Shown here in pieces: positions 28,417-39,663 of a stretch of DNA of 64,000 bases. Positions within the stretch are counted from its first letter, which is position 1, and the number at the start of each line of letters is the position of its first letter. The DNA is from an uncultured Prevotella sp. (GTDB lineage: Bacteria > Bacteroidota > Bacteroidia > Bacteroidales > Bacteroidaceae), in assembly GCA_900317685.1 (NCBI GenBank), contig ONHQ01000007.1:7737-71736 (forward strand). The letters run 5' to 3'. The translations under genes and the position numbers were made by a program. The notes under the pieces are model-generated. The model was given only the letters and a program-made list of their open reading frames with translations. It had not been told where the DNA came from and ran no database searches.

Positions 28417-29592
28417 ATGAAACCAGCTCAAAGAGTTAACACAATTCAAGAATACTATTTCAGTCGTAAACTGAAAGAAGTAGCCAAACTCAATGCAGAA
28501 GGACAAGACATCATCTCGCTTGCTATAGGTTCACCAGACATGCCACCTTCACCACAGACCATTGAGAAGCTTTGTGAAGTCGCTCATGATCCGTCGGCTC
28601 ACGGCTATCAACCCACTTGTGGACTTCCGGAACTTCGCAAGGCTATGGCTGGATTCTATAAACGGACATACGGAGTGGATGTTGACTGGGCTACAGAAGT
28701 CCAGCCCATCATTGGCTCTAAGGAAGGCATCATGTACGCCACTCTTGCCTTCTGCAACCCTGGCGACAAGGTGCTGATTCCAAATCCCGGCTACCCAACC
28801 TACACTGCTGTGAACAAGATTTTCGGAACTCAGATCATCTACTATGACCTGTTGGAAGACAATGGATGGCAACCGGATTTCGATGCGCTTGAGAAGATGG
28901 ACTTAGAGGGAGTGAAACTGATGTGGACCAACTACCCCAACATGCCAACGGGCGGCAATGCGCGAATGGAAACTTATGAAAAGCTGGTGAACTTTGCCCG
29001 TCGCCACGACATTGTGGTGGTCAACGATAACCCCTACTCTCTCATCCTCAACGAGCATCCGATGAGCATCATGCAGGTGCCGGGAGCAAAAGACTATTGC
29101 ATCGAGCTCAACTCTATGTCGAAAAGCCACAACATGCCGGGATGGCGCGTGGCAATGATGCTGAGCAACAAGGACTATATCTCTTGGATCTTCAAGATTC
29201 AAAGTAATATCGAGAATGGTACTTTCCGCGGCATTCAGCTGGCCGCAGCCGAGGCTTACAACACCAACTCTGAAGACTGGCACCGCGAGAACAACATCGA
29301 GAACTATCGCCGCCGCCGCATCATTGCTGAGCAAATCCTCGACACACTGGGATGCACCTACGACAAGAGCCAGGTAGGAATGTTTGTTTGGGGAAGAATT
29401 CCCGACTGCTACGCTGATGTAGAAGATTTGACAGAGCAAGTGCTGCATCAGGCAAAAGTCTTCATCACCCCAGGCTTTATCTTTGGCTCTAACGGCAAGC
29501 GTTACATCCGCATCTCGCTCTGTGCGAAAGATGAAAAGATCGAAGAAGCGCTGAAACGTATCAAGCAATGGAAAAACAATGCTGGCAAATAG
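28417..29592 (+). CDS. PLP-dependent class I/II aminotransferase (aromatic pathway by context)
   Basis: IGSPD, GSKEG, NYPNMPTG, DNPY and SMSKSHNMPGWR motifs. Confidence 0.9.
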   Translation: MKPAQRVNTIQEYYFSRKLKEVAKLNAEGQDIISLAIGSPDMPPSPQTIEKLCEVAHDPSAHGYQPTCGLPELRKAMAGFYKRTYGVDVDWATEVQPIIGSKEGIMYATLAFCNPGDKVLIPNPGYPTYTAVNKIFGTQIIYYDLLEDNGWQPDFDALEKMDLEGVKLMWTNYPNMPTGGNARMETYEKLVNFARRHDIVVVNDNPYSLILNEHPMSIMQVPGAKDYCIELNSMSKSHNMPGWRVAMMLSNKDYISWIFKIQSNIENGTFRGIQLAAAEAYNTNSEDWHRENNIENYRRRRIIAEQILDTLGCTYDKSQVGMFVWGRIPDCYADVEDLTEQVLHQAKVFITPGFIFGSNGKRYIRISLCAKDEKIEEALKRIKQWKNNAGK

Positions 29593-29680
29593 TACTTGCC
29601 TGAGCAATTGTTAGCACCGAATCTTTAACACATCCAGATATTGAGATTAAATAGAAATTAATAATTTAAAACTTAAGAAT

Positions 29681-30745
29681 ATGGAACTTGAACTTGAAGC
29701 TCTGAACTTACCGAGTGACAATGAGCGACCGATAGTGATTGCAGGTCCCTGCAGTGCTGAGACCGAAGAACAGGTAATGAATACAGCCCGTCAGCTGAGA
29801 AGCAAAGGCTGTCACATGTTCCGTGCTGGCGTATGGAAGCCACGCACCAAACCTGGAGGCTTTGAAGGTTGTGGCGAGAAGGCTCTGCCTTGGCTCAAAC
29901 AGGTCAAAGACGAGACAGGGATGCTGGTTGCCACCGAGGTTGCCAAACCCGAGCATGTGGAGCTCTGTCTGAAATATGGTATCGACATTCTTTGGGTCGG
30001 TGCCCGCACCACCGCCAATCCCTTTGCTATGCAGGATTTGGCGGATTCTCTCAAAGGCGTGGACATCCCTGTCTTCGTTAAGAATCCTGTCAACCCCGAC
30101 CTTGAACTGTGGATTGGAGCTATGGAACGCATCAATCAGGCAGGCGTAAAGCGTATGGCTGCTATCCATCGTGGCTTCTCAAGCTATGACAAAAAAATCT
30201 ATCGCAACCTCCCCATGTGGCAGATTCCAATGGAGTTACACCGTCGCATCCCCAACCTGCCCATTATCTGCGATCCCAGTCACATCGGTGGACGTCGCGA
30301 ATTGATCGCCCCCCTGTGCCAGCAAGCCATGGACTTAGGCTTTGATGGCCTCATCATTGAAAGCCATTGCAGCCCAGACGACGCTTGGAGTGATGCCCGC
30401 CAACAGGTGACACCTGATGTTTTGGATTACATCCTCAGCCTTTTGGTTGTGCGTGATGAGACAGTGACTACAGAAGGCATCAGCCAGCTACGTCGCCAGA
30501 TTGATGATCTTGACAATCAACTCATGGAACTTATCTCGAAACGTATGCGCGTTTGCCGCGAAATAGGTCAGTACAAGAAGGAGCACAATATGACTGTGTT
30601 CCAGGCCAGCCGATACAACGAGATCCTTGAGAAGCGCGGAGCACAAGCCAGCCTGTGCGGCATCGACCCAGAGTGCGCCGCACATATCTTTGAGCTCATC
30701 CATCAGGAGAGTGTCCGCCAGCAAATGGAGATCATCAACCAATAA
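29681..30745 (+). CDS. Bifunctional DAHP synthase (type I-beta) with C-terminal chorismate mutase
   Basis: IAGPCSAE, WKPRTKP, GARTTANP and CDPSH, then an AroQ-like LRRQIDDLDNQL...KR segment. Confidence 0.93.
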   Translation: MELELEALNLPSDNERPIVIAGPCSAETEEQVMNTARQLRSKGCHMFRAGVWKPRTKPGGFEGCGEKALPWLKQVKDETGMLVATEVAKPEHVELCLKYGIDILWVGARTTANPFAMQDLADSLKGVDIPVFVKNPVNPDLELWIGAMERINQAGVKRMAAIHRGFSSYDKKIYRNLPMWQIPMELHRRIPNLPIICDPSHIGGRRELIAPLCQQAMDLGFDGLIIESHCSPDDAWSDARQQVTPDVLDYILSLLVVRDETVTTEGISQLRRQIDDLDNQLMELISKRMRVCREIGQYKKEHNMTVFQASRYNEILEKRGAQASLCGIDPECAAHIFELIHQESVRQQMEIINQ

Positions 30746-30824
30746 ACGCTTCATATGATGGGCAATGAACTGAAGAGCCGTTGCCCATCATCAATCAATA
30801 GATATACTTACATAGACGAAAATA

Positions 30825-31604
30825 ATGAAGATTCTTATCATGGGTGCAGGAAAGATGGGATCTTTCTTCATCGACCTGCTCAGCTTCGACCATGAAGTGG
30901 GTGTTTTCGAGAAAGACCCGAGAAGACTGCGCTTCACATATAATTGTCAACGTTTTACAACACTGGATGAGGTAAAGGATTTTGCACCCCAGCTGGTTAT
31001 CAACGCAGTAACCGTCAAATACACGATTCCGGCTTTTCAGGAGATTCTCCCCTATCTGCCCGCAGATTGCATCATTTCTGACATCGCATCCGTAAAAACC
31101 CACTTAAAAGAGTTCTACGAGCAAGCTGGGCACCCCTACGTCTCTACGCACCCAATGTTTGGACCTACTTTTGCCAATCTTAATCAGTTGTCTGAGGAAA
31201 ACGCCATCATTATCTCTGAAGGCGATTATATGGGTCGCATCTTCTTCAAAGATCTCTATCGGGGACTGGGATTACACATCTATGAGTATACCTTCGAAGA
31301 ACATGACAAAACTGTTGCCTACTCGCTCAGCATTCCCTTTGTGTCTACCTTCGTGTTCGCAGCAGTCATGAAGCATCAAGATGCGCCAGGAACAACATTC
31401 AAGCGACACATGAATATAGCAAGAGGAGTACTTTCAGAAGATGACTATCTGCTGCAGGAAATTCTCTTCAACCCATATACTCATGACCAGGTTGAAAGCA
31501 TCTGCAAAGAGATGAAGGAACTGCTTCATATCATTGACGAGAAAGATGCCAAAGGCATGAAAGCATACCTCACAAAGATCAGACACAACGTCTTTGAAAA
31601 ATAA
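30825..31604 (+). CDS. tyrA: Prephenate dehydrogenase
   Basis: GAGKMG Rossmann motif, DIASVK, HPMFGP and EEHD. Confidence 0.9.
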   Translation: MKILIMGAGKMGSFFIDLLSFDHEVGVFEKDPRRLRFTYNCQRFTTLDEVKDFAPQLVINAVTVKYTIPAFQEILPYLPADCIISDIASVKTHLKEFYEQAGHPYVSTHPMFGPTFANLNQLSEENAIIISEGDYMGRIFFKDLYRGLGLHIYEYTFEEHDKTVAYSLSIPFVSTFVFAAVMKHQDAPGTTFKRHMNIARGVLSEDDYLLQEILFNPYTHDQVESICKEMKELLHIIDEKDAKGMKAYLTKIRHNVFEK

Positions 31605-31624
31605 AATTTCTACATTGAAATCAT

Positions 31625-31655
31625 CCGCAACGCCTAAACAGTGTTGCGGTTTTTT
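31625..31655 (+). terminator. Terminator of the aromatic operon
   Basis: CCGCAACGC...GTGTTGCGG followed by TTTTTT. Confidence 0.8.
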
Positions 31656-31683
31656 CGTTATTATCGAAGACCAACACTACATC

Positions 31684-32016
31684 TTAAAAAAGTGTAGGGC
31701 TGTCGATATCAGGCTGCTTGGGACTTTCTTCCCCTACTTTACATCTTTTTTGCTCACCACTAAAATCAATATAAGATTGAACAATCCTTTGTGACCGAAG
31801 ATTAATTCTGTATCTTCCCCACCCTATTCTCTCAAAAGGATCCGTCGGCAATGTACTGTGATTCCGCACTAAATGATAGACATAATCTCGAACCTCTTCC
31901 TTGCTGACAGGATGAAACAGACTGTTATAGGCATTATAAACATGGAGCACCAAATATCTTAAGCTGATACCTTTATTACCAGCTTCCAGCATAATGCGAA
32001 TGACAACCTCTTTCAT
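31684..32016 (-). CDS. Small hypothetical protein, possible winged-helix (HARE-HTH-like)
   Basis: Start at MKEVV; helical core followed by FERIGWGRYRI, a wing-like motif. Confidence 0.65.
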   Translation of the reverse strand: MKEVVIRIMLEAGNKGISLRYLVLHVYNAYNSLFHPVSKEEVRDYVYHLVRNHSTLPTDPFERIGWGRYRINLRSQRIVQSYIDFSGEQKRCKVGEESPKQPDIDSPTLF

Positions 32017-32077
32017 AGAAAAAACAAACCGCACCTTAGTATGTCTGATACTAAGCTGCGGCACAAGTATTCACGTA

Positions 32078-32362
32078 TTAAGCGAGCACGACCTTACCGT
32101 CTTCACCCTTGATCTTGCCCTCTTTGAGCAACCAGCCAATACCCAACAGAATCTCTGTTTCGGACTTATCAGTTGCTTTGCAAAGTTCTGAGACAGACTG
32201 AGCAGTACCAGCTGCGGACAATGCCTGATACACATCACCTGCACGGAATCCTGCATTCTCAGCGTCCACTAAAATCTCAGCCACCTTTTTGGAGGCTGCA
32301 GCTTTCTTTACAGTAGCAGTCTTGCAAGCTGCTCTCTTTGTTGTTGCTTTCTTTTCTGCCAT
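32078..32362 (-). CDS. Winged-helix protein (DUF2582-like) with a Lys/Ala-rich N-terminal tail
   Basis: GFRAGDVYQAL and LGIGWLLKEGKI pattern. Confidence 0.8.
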   Translation of the reverse strand: MAEKKATTKRAACKTATVKKAAASKKVAEILVDAENAGFRAGDVYQALSAAGTAQSVSELCKATDKSETEILLGIGWLLKEGKIKGEDGKVVLA

Positions 32363-32490
32363 AATTTAGTAAAAAATAAATTTTATAGTTAATATACAAC
32401 TAATTTATTACTTTCTTATTGCAAATATAAGATATTTTTTAGTAACACGTTGTCTCATTACTTACCAAAGTGAGGATCTATACTTTATTT

Positions 32491-32537
32491 ATTGACATAC
32501 ATCAAGCGAGTTCCTAACCCACTTGATGTACATCAAT
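32491..32537 (-). terminator. Hairpin, probable terminator after aspS
   Basis: ATTGACATACATCAAG / CTTGATGTACATCAAT inverted repeat. Confidence 0.6.
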
Positions 32538-32549
32538 TGGAAATAACGA

Positions 32550-34307
32550 TTATTCTTTGTCAATCTTGATCTTCAACTCTTCAAGTTGCTTAGGCTCAAG
32601 GGCTGAAGGAGCATCCAACATCACATCGCGTCCACTGTTGTTCTTCGGGAATGCGATGCAGTCACGGATGCTGTCTAAGCCAGCAAGAATACTTACAAAA
32701 CGATCCAAGCCAAAAGCAAGACCTGCATGAGGTGGTGCTCCGTACTTGAAGGCATTCATCAGGAAGCCGAACTGTGCCTCTGCACGCTCAGGAGTGAAGC
32801 CCAACACTTCAAACATCTTCTCCTGGAGCTTCGTATCATGGATACGCAAACTACCGCCACCCACTTCGATGCCGTTGCAGACAAAGTCATAAGCCTTGGC
32901 ACGCACCTGCTCTGGATGAGCGTCGAGCAATGGAATATCATCGGGATTAGGCATCGTGAACGGATGGTGTGTTGCCATCAGGCGCTGCTCCTCATCACTC
33001 CACTCAAAGAGCGGGAAGTCGATGATCCAAAGACATTTGAAGACGTTCTTGTCGCGAAGTCCAAGACGGTCACCCATCAGCAAACGCAGACTGCAAAGCT
33101 GGACTCGCGTCTTGTTGGCATTGCTGCCGGAAAGAATCAGTACTAAGTCACCAGGCTTTGCCTCCATCTTCTTCAAGACGCTCTGAAGCACTTCTTGAGA
33201 ATAGAACTTATCAACAGAACTCTTGATGGTTCCGTCGGCATTGTATTTGATATACACCAGTCCCTGAGCACCCACCTGAGGACGTTTGACAAAGTCCGTC
33301 AACTCATTGAGTTGCTTTCTGCTATAGCCTGCGCAGCCGGGTACACAGATACCGCCGATATAGTTTGCCTCGTTGAAGACAGAGAATTCACCCTTACCTT
33401 TGAACTCGTCCATCAGTTCCACGAACTCCATACCAAAACGCAGATCGGGCTTATCAGAACCGAAGCGGCGCATAGCCTCTTGCCATGTCATCTGCTGCAA
33501 TGGCTTGGGGAGATCGACACCACGAATTTCCTTGAAGAGCATACGACACATCTCCTCAAACAAGTTGATGACATCGTCCTGATCGACGAAACTCATCTCG
33601 CAGTCAACCTGCGTGAACTCGGGTTGACGGTCAGCACGAAGATCCTCATCACGGAAGCACTTGGCGATCTGGAAATATCGGTCAAAACCGGCCACCATGA
33701 GCAACTGCTTCAAGGTCTGAGGACTCTGAGGCAATGCGTAGAACTGACCAGGATTCATACGGGAAGGAACAACGAAGTCACGGGCACCCTCAGGAGTGGA
33801 GCCGATAAGCACAGGTGTCTCCACCTCGATAAACTTCTGATTGTCGAGGAAATTGCGGATAAGAATGGTCATACGGTGACGCAATTCCAGATTGCGTCTG
33901 ACAACAGGGCGGCGAAGATCCAAATAGCGGTACTTCATTCTCAGCTCGTCTCCACCATCAGTATTATCCTCAATAGTAAAAGGTGGTGTGAGCGACGGGC
34001 TTAAAACATTGAGCTCGTTGACGATAATTTCGATGTCGCCAGTTTCCATCTTGGCATTCTTGCTTTGGCGCTCCTGCACTGTACCCTTAGCCTGGATACA
34101 ATACTCACGTCCAAGTTTATTAGCCTGATCGCACAATTCTTTATCCGTAGCCTCGTTAAACACCAACTGGGTGATACCATAACGGTCACGCAAGTCGACA
34201 AAGGTCATACCTCCCATCTTACGAGTGCGTTGCACCCATCCGGCAAGCGTAACCTTCTTGCCGACATCTGAGATGCGCAACTCACCACATGTATTTGTTC
34301 TATACAT
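32550..34307 (-). CDS. aspS: Aspartate-tRNA ligase
   Basis: [42 protein letters not shown] and GLDR motifs. Confidence 0.98.
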   Translation of the reverse strand: MYRTNTCGELRISDVGKKVTLAGWVQRTRKMGGMTFVDLRDRYGITQLVFNEATDKELCDQANKLGREYCIQAKGTVQERQSKNAKMETGDIEIIVNELNVLSPSLTPPFTIEDNTDGGDELRMKYRYLDLRRPVVRRNLELRHRMTILIRNFLDNQKFIEVETPVLIGSTPEGARDFVVPSRMNPGQFYALPQSPQTLKQLLMVAGFDRYFQIAKCFRDEDLRADRQPEFTQVDCEMSFVDQDDVINLFEEMCRMLFKEIRGVDLPKPLQQMTWQEAMRRFGSDKPDLRFGMEFVELMDEFKGKGEFSVFNEANYIGGICVPGCAGYSRKQLNELTDFVKRPQVGAQGLVYIKYNADGTIKSSVDKFYSQEVLQSVLKKMEAKPGDLVLILSGSNANKTRVQLCSLRLLMGDRLGLRDKNVFKCLWIIDFPLFEWSDEEQRLMATHHPFTMPNPDDIPLLDAHPEQVRAKAYDFVCNGIEVGGGSLRIHDTKLQEKMFEVLGFTPERAEAQFGFLMNAFKYGAPPHAGLAFGLDRFVSILAGLDSIRDCIAFPKNNSGRDVMLDAPSALEPKQLEELKIKIDKE

Positions 34308-34462
34308 TGCTATTATAGATTGAATATTATATGAATGCAAAGTTAGTAATTTATTCTATAACTACAAAACGCATCTCTTCTTTTTTCTTTGGACTTTTAC
34401 GCACAACATTCTAACTGCTATAGGCTTTAACCTTTCAAGCCAACTTATGTCCGACATACAAG

Positions 34463-34490
34463 AAAAAAGGTAGCCCGTTAAGGCTACCTT
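34463..34490 (-). terminator. Terminator after hisS
   Basis: AAGGTAGCC/GGCTACCTT stem with a T6 run on the minus strand. Confidence 0.8.
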
Positions 34491-34517
34491 CATATAAAGA
34501 GTTACGAAACGATTCTT

Positions 34518-35885
34518 TTATCCAAGCACTTGCTTGATCATCTCATCGACATCGACCAGATTCTGCACGCCTGTAACCATATTCTTCAGCGTGACCTTAC
34601 CTGCTTCAATCTCGTTGTCGCCGGCCAAAGCCACAAAGTCGATATGCTTTGCATTGGCATAGGACATCTGCTTCTTCATCTTGACAGCATCAGGATAGAT
34701 CTCTGTGCGGATGCCGGCACCTCTTGCCTTTGAAATAATCGGCAGACAGTACTCGGTCTCTTTCTCACCAAAATTGATGAAAAGTAATTGCGTGGAACGT
34801 ACCGCATCCTTGGGATACAGATCAAGCGCATTCAGGACATCATAGATACGGTCGGCACCAAACGAGATACCAACGCCGGAGAGTCCCGGCATACCAAAGA
34901 TTCCAGTAAGGTTGTCATAGCGACCACCACCGGTGATAGAGCCCATTGGTGTGTCCAAAGCTTTCACTTCGAAGATAGCACCCGTATAGTAATTGAGACC
35001 ACGTGCAAGTGTCAAATCAAGTTGCACTTCATTCTTCAGACCTACTTTCTTAAGGGCATTAAGGATGAAGGACGTCTCTTCCACTCCTTTCAATCCCGTC
35101 TCAGAGTCTTTCAGCACGTCAGCGATCACCTTCAACTTAGCCTCGTTAGAGCCTGTCAAAGCAATAACCGGCTGCAACTTCTGAATCGCTTCTTCTGAGA
35201 TACCATTCTCCCGAAGCTCGTCGTTGACCTTTTCAAGACCAATCTTATCCAACTTATCAATGGCCACAGTGATGTCTACAATCTTGTCGGCCTCACCGAT
35301 GACCTCTGCCAATCCCGAGAGAATCTTACGGTTGTTGATCTTGATCTGCACTCTGATGCCGAAACGCTGAAACACTGTGTCGACGATCTGCATGAGTTCC
35401 ACCTCATTAAGCAAGGAATCCGAGCCTACAATATCGGCATCGCACTGATAAAACTCACGGTATCTGCCTTTCTGAGGACGATCGGCACGCCATACTGGCT
35501 GAATCTGATAACGCTTAAATGGCAACTGCAACTCGTTTCGATGCATCACCACATAACGTGCGAAGGGTACGGTAAGATCATAGCGCAGACCCTTCTCACA
35601 CAGTTTTGACTGCAAGTGAAGAACGTTGCGCTCGCCCAATTCCTCGTCAGAGATGTCCTTGAGATAATCGCCCGAGTTCAAGACTTTAAACAAGAGTTTG
35701 TCACCTTCGTCACCGTATTTGCCCATCAGCGTATGGAGGGTCTCCATAGCTGGGGTCTCTATCTGTTGGAAGCCATACAATGCGTATACTTCCTTAATGG
35801 TATTAAATATATAGTTTCTCTTTGCCATTTCCTCAGGACCAAAGTCTCTGGTACCCTTTGGAATGGCTGGTTTCGTATTTGCCAT
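34518..35885 (-). CDS. hisS: Histidine-tRNA ligase
   Basis: [31 protein letters not shown] and GGGRYD motifs. Confidence 0.98.
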   Translation of the reverse strand: MANTKPAIPKGTRDFGPEEMAKRNYIFNTIKEVYALYGFQQIETPAMETLHTLMGKYGDEGDKLLFKVLNSGDYLKDISDEELGERNVLHLQSKLCEKGLRYDLTVPFARYVVMHRNELQLPFKRYQIQPVWRADRPQKGRYREFYQCDADIVGSDSLLNEVELMQIVDTVFQRFGIRVQIKINNRKILSGLAEVIGEADKIVDITVAIDKLDKIGLEKVNDELRENGISEEAIQKLQPVIALTGSNEAKLKVIADVLKDSETGLKGVEETSFILNALKKVGLKNEVQLDLTLARGLNYYTGAIFEVKALDTPMGSITGGGRYDNLTGIFGMPGLSGVGISFGADRIYDVLNALDLYPKDAVRSTQLLFINFGEKETEYCLPIISKARGAGIRTEIYPDAVKMKKQMSYANAKHIDFVALAGDNEIEAGKVTLKNMVTGVQNLVDVDEMIKQVLG

Positions 35886-35907
35886 ACTACTCTATTATCA
35901 ATGATGT

Positions 35908-37185
35908 TTATTTTCTTACAATGGTCTGGTCACGGTCCGGACCGATGGAGATGATGCCGATACGTGTCTCCAGCTCATCCTCCAGGAACTTGATGTAGTC
36001 TGCGAATGCTTTCGGGAACTGATCCTCAGAAGTAAACTTCGTCATATCGGTCTTCCATCCCGGCAACTCTTTATAAACAGGCTCCACGTTGTCGATCTCA
36101 TAAGGGAAGTCACGTGTCACGGTTCCGTCGGGCAGTTTATAAGCAACACAGGCCTTGATCGTATCGAAGCCGTCCAGAACATCACTCTTCATCATGATCA
36201 ATTCCGTCACACCGTCAACCATGATGCTGTAACGGAGCTGTACGAGATCGATCCATCCGCAGCGACGCTCACGTCCGGTCACAGCACCATACTCATGACC
36301 GAGATCTCTAATCTTCTTACCCGTCTCGTCAAAAAGTTCGGTTGGGAAAGGACCTGCACCCACACGTGTGCAATAGGCTTTCATGATACCATAGACATTG
36401 CCTACCTTGTTGGGGCCGATACCCAGTCCCGTGCAGGCTCCGGCACAAATGGTGTTGCTGGATGTGACAAAGGGATAGCTGCCAAAGTCCACATCGAGCA
36501 TTGTACCCTGGGCGCCCTCGCAAAGGATGTTCTTGTTGTCTCTCAGCAACTTATTCACCTCGTGCTCACTGTCAACGATATGGAACCGACGAAGATACTC
36601 CACGCCTTCCATCCATTTCTTCTCTACATCGTCGAAGCCTTCAAAGTCTGTCCAGCCTAAGGCCTTCAGCATCTTCATGTGGCGCTCTTTGTGAGCAGCA
36701 TATTTCTGGTCAAAGTTTTCGAGGATATCGCCCACACGCAAACCGTTGCGGCTAACCTTGTCGGTATATGTAGGGCCAATACCCTTGCCGGTCGTTCCCA
36801 CTTTGTTCTTACCTTTAGCAGCCTCAAGAGCGCGATCAAGAATTCTATGCGTAGGCATAATCAGATGCGCTTTCTTTGAGATATGAAGTCTGGAAGTCAG
36901 CTCATGCCCACTCTTCTCAAGGTCTTTAGCCTCATCCATAAACAGATCGGGAGCCAGGACCACGCCATTGCCGATGATGTTGACCTTATCACCTTGGAAG
37001 ATACCTGATGGAATGCTGCGAAGCACATATTTCTGTCCTTCAAACTCCAAAGTATGACCAGCATTGGGACCTCCCTGGAAACGGGCTACCACATCATACC
37101 GCGGCGTAAGAACGTCCACAACCTTTCCTTTACCTTCATCGCCCCACTGAAGACCCAGCAGAACATCTACTTTACCTGTATTCAT
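35908..37185 (-). CDS. purA: Adenylosuccinate synthase
   Basis: QWGDEGKGK, GGPNAGHT, EGAQG and TGRERRCGW motifs. Confidence 0.99.
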   Translation of the reverse strand: MNTGKVDVLLGLQWGDEGKGKVVDVLTPRYDVVARFQGGPNAGHTLEFEGQKYVLRSIPSGIFQGDKVNIIGNGVVLAPDLFMDEAKDLEKSGHELTSRLHISKKAHLIMPTHRILDRALEAAKGKNKVGTTGKGIGPTYTDKVSRNGLRVGDILENFDQKYAAHKERHMKMLKALGWTDFEGFDDVEKKWMEGVEYLRRFHIVDSEHEVNKLLRDNKNILCEGAQGTMLDVDFGSYPFVTSSNTICAGACTGLGIGPNKVGNVYGIMKAYCTRVGAGPFPTELFDETGKKIRDLGHEYGAVTGRERRCGWIDLVQLRYSIMVDGVTELIMMKSDVLDGFDTIKACVAYKLPDGTVTRDFPYEIDNVEPVYKELPGWKTDMTKFTSEDQFPKAFADYIKFLEDELETRIGIISIGPDRDQTIVRK

Positions 37186-37256
37186 ATGCCTAGATTTATA
37201 GTTTTCTCTTTTAAATAGCTATATATAATAATGTATACCAAAGCCGCGTGGCCTCA

Positions 37257-37931
37257 TCAGTAAACTCTCGGACCAAAAATTGCGGTACCGACGCGAACGA
37301 GGGTGGAACGGCATTTAATCGCAATCTTATAGTCATGGCTCATGCCCCACGACCGTTCACAGAAAGAGTCATCATCACTGAAATACTGCTCCTTTACCTC
37401 ATCGAAGAAGTCAGCTGCTGTGCTCATCTCTCGTGCGATCTGGTTTTGGTCATCCACATTGCTGGCCATCATCATCAAGCCACAGATATGCACATGGTTC
37501 AGTGTTCTCCACTCACCGCTGCTCAGCAGCTCACGGCAGGCATTGAGTGTCAGGCCGGTCTTTGCCTCCTCCTCTGCGATATGCAATTCAAGAAGCACGT
37601 TGATGACACGATCGTTTTTAGCTGCCTGCTTATTAATCTCTTTCATCAGCTTCATAGAGTCGACCGACTCTATCATGCTGATGAATGGTGCTATATACTT
37701 GACTTTATTGGTCTGGAGATGACCGATGAAGTGCCATTGGATGTCTTTGGGCAACTGTGCATACTTCTTGACGAGTTCCTGCTCATGACTCTCTCCAAAG
37801 ATACGCTGTCCAACCTGATAAGCCGCTTCGATGTACTCGTTGGGATGAAACTTGCTCACAGCTACCAGTTTGGTGCCTTTTGGCAATTCAGCCAGGACTT
37901 TTTTCAAATTCGATGCAACATCAACATCCAT
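37257..37931 (-). CDS. yggS: YggS-family PLP homeostasis protein
   Basis: LVAVSK, WHFIGHLQTNK, GMSHD and VRVGTAIFG motifs. Confidence 0.95.
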   Translation of the reverse strand: MDVDVASNLKKVLAELPKGTKLVAVSKFHPNEYIEAAYQVGQRIFGESHEQELVKKYAQLPKDIQWHFIGHLQTNKVKYIAPFISMIESVDSMKLMKEINKQAAKNDRVINVLLELHIAEEEAKTGLTLNACRELLSSGEWRTLNHVHICGLMMMASNVDDQNQIAREMSTAADFFDEVKEQYFSDDDSFCERSWGMSHDYKIAIKCRSTLVRVGTAIFGPRVY

Positions 37932-38470
37932 TACTCACCCTCCTTCACCTTGTTGTCGTCTGCCGAAGTGTTCTCCCGTTCGTATTCGGGCTTATCGTCT
38001 ACTTCATTCTTTTTCTTGTTAGGATCTAAATCGTGGACAAAGACATCCATGGTAGGAGTCTCGTTGATGGCACTGATGACATAGTCAATCATCGTACCGC
38101 CCATGACATCTTCCACATACTTGACAGCTTTGGGCAGTGAGCCGGCCTGCACGAGATAGTTGACATTGGAGCGTTTCTCTTTCTGTGTTTTCTCGTCGAT
38201 AGTGATGAATTGCAATTTTGCCTTATACCACTTGTCATCAGCATTGAGATCACTGAAGAAGATCTCGTGATAAGGCGCAGGCTTGATGCCGGTGATTTTA
38301 TAATCGCCACTGATGTAAGTCTGCATCTCCTCGATCAGGGCTTTCTCTGCCTCTGTAAAGCTCAGTGCATCCACGACATACTGTTCCGTGACGGGCTTTT
38401 GGCCACCGTCCTCTTGTGTTTTGTCGTAGCGTATTTTTGTCTCAAACCAATCAGAAGTTCTTGATTTCAT
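37931..38470 (-). CDS. DUF4494-family protein
   Basis: WFETKIRY, VDALSFTEAE and WYKAKL motifs; typical neighbour of yggS in Bacteroidales. Confidence 0.85.
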   Translation of the reverse strand: MKSRTSDWFETKIRYDKTQEDGGQKPVTEQYVVDALSFTEAEKALIEEMQTYISGDYKITGIKPAPYHEIFFSDLNADDKWYKAKLQFITIDEKTQKEKRSNVNYLVQAGSLPKAVKYVEDVMGGTMIDYVISAINETPTMDVFVHDLDPNKKKNEVDDKPEYERENTSADDNKVKEGE

Positions 38471-38482
38471 ATATTATTTCGT

Positions 38483-39652
38483 TTACTTTTTATTTTCTAA
38501 CATTCTCTCAGTGTTTCCCTTGAAGAGATTATCCAGTGCACGGTAGGTATAAGCAGCACGATCATTGATCGTGAGGTTGTTGTTGAGCCTTGACCGCAGA
38601 TCAACAAGTTTGGAGACAGCATCCTGATAGTTTTCAGGCGTTATCCTGTCACACATCTTGTTGGCCAGCGTGTTGTCGAAGCCAAAATATCTCACAAGCA
38701 TATTGGCAAACTGCTTCTTCTGCATGTCGGTAACATCCTTGAGTTGCTGATTCAACCGATTCTTCGGTCTGTATATTTTGAAGACTAGTTCATCAGGTTC
38801 CCCGCCACGCTGCCCATGGTTATAACGTTTGCTATAATCGAAGTAGCAATCACAGAAGCCATTCTCTGCCAAGGACTCCAGCTCAGTCTTGGCTGGCTCA
38901 AGCACTCGCCGGGTGAAATCACTGAATTTCTTGTAGTTGCTTTCCAGGCGAAGCATCTTGCGGAAGTCGATGGTCTTGATGATGGTACCTCCTTTGTCAA
39001 GCCAGCTCTCGATAAACATATAAATGCGCTGGGTGTACCGATTCTTGCAGGCAAACACAATCTGCTTGCCCAAACGATGATAGCCCAAGTCAAGCGACAC
39101 CAATCGCTTAGCAACGGTACGGTCAATCTTCAACACAGCATATTTCTCATAGATGCCCTCATCCTCCGGAATATAGACATCGCAGAGGTTAGTAACCTTT
39201 TGATAGTGGCGGCCGTCAGCTGTTTTATAAGGAATTTCCACAGGAATGGCAGCCAGCATCTTCAGGCTTTGGCGCAATTGAGGATAGTGATTGGGATCCA
39301 CGCCCAGCGTTTTGAAGAGAGTCTTGATCTCCAAGCGCCCGTCATTGTCGAGCTCCGCGTCAGAGAAGATTTCCGGTTGCAGACGCTCCTTGTTAAGCAT
39401 CTTATGCAACTTCGACTGCATGTATTCTACAATCGTGACGAGGATACGAATCTGTATAAGGGAATAATCGTGACGCATCATCGTCACGGCGATAGGCTGG
39501 AGAAGCCAGGTCTCTTCCTCTATGGGTATGAGATCAGAGGGTATGTTGCGTTTGATATCACGCTTCTTACCCTTTCCGAAATCACGGTTGCGCGTCGTCT
39601 TGCGCCGTGTTTCCACGCTATCTGTCTGTACACTGGTCGTTTCTGATGCCAT
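38483..39652 (-). CDS. Plasmid-type replication initiator protein (Rep_3/RepB, two winged-helix domains)
   Basis: WH1-like LLQPIAVTMMRHDYSLIQIRIL; WH2-like KNRYTQRIYMFIESW...IDFRKML...YKKFSDFTRRVLEPAKTEL. Confidence 0.85.
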   Translation of the reverse strand: MASETTSVQTDSVETRRKTTRNRDFGKGKKRDIKRNIPSDLIPIEEETWLLQPIAVTMMRHDYSLIQIRILVTIVEYMQSKLHKMLNKERLQPEIFSDAELDNDGRLEIKTLFKTLGVDPNHYPQLRQSLKMLAAIPVEIPYKTADGRHYQKVTNLCDVYIPEDEGIYEKYAVLKIDRTVAKRLVSLDLGYHRLGKQIVFACKNRYTQRIYMFIESWLDKGGTIIKTIDFRKMLRLESNYKKFSDFTRRVLEPAKTELESLAENGFCDCYFDYSKRYNHGQRGGEPDELVFKIYRPKNRLNQQLKDVTDMQKKQFANMLVRYFGFDNTLANKMCDRITPENYQDAVSKLVDLRSRLNNNLTINDRAAYTYRALDNLFKGNTERMLENKK

Positions 39653-39663
39653 ATCACTGCTAA

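Noticed and set aside
29681-30745. DAHP synthase-chorismate mutase fusion
   Set aside because: Known architecture in Prevotella and Porphyromonas.
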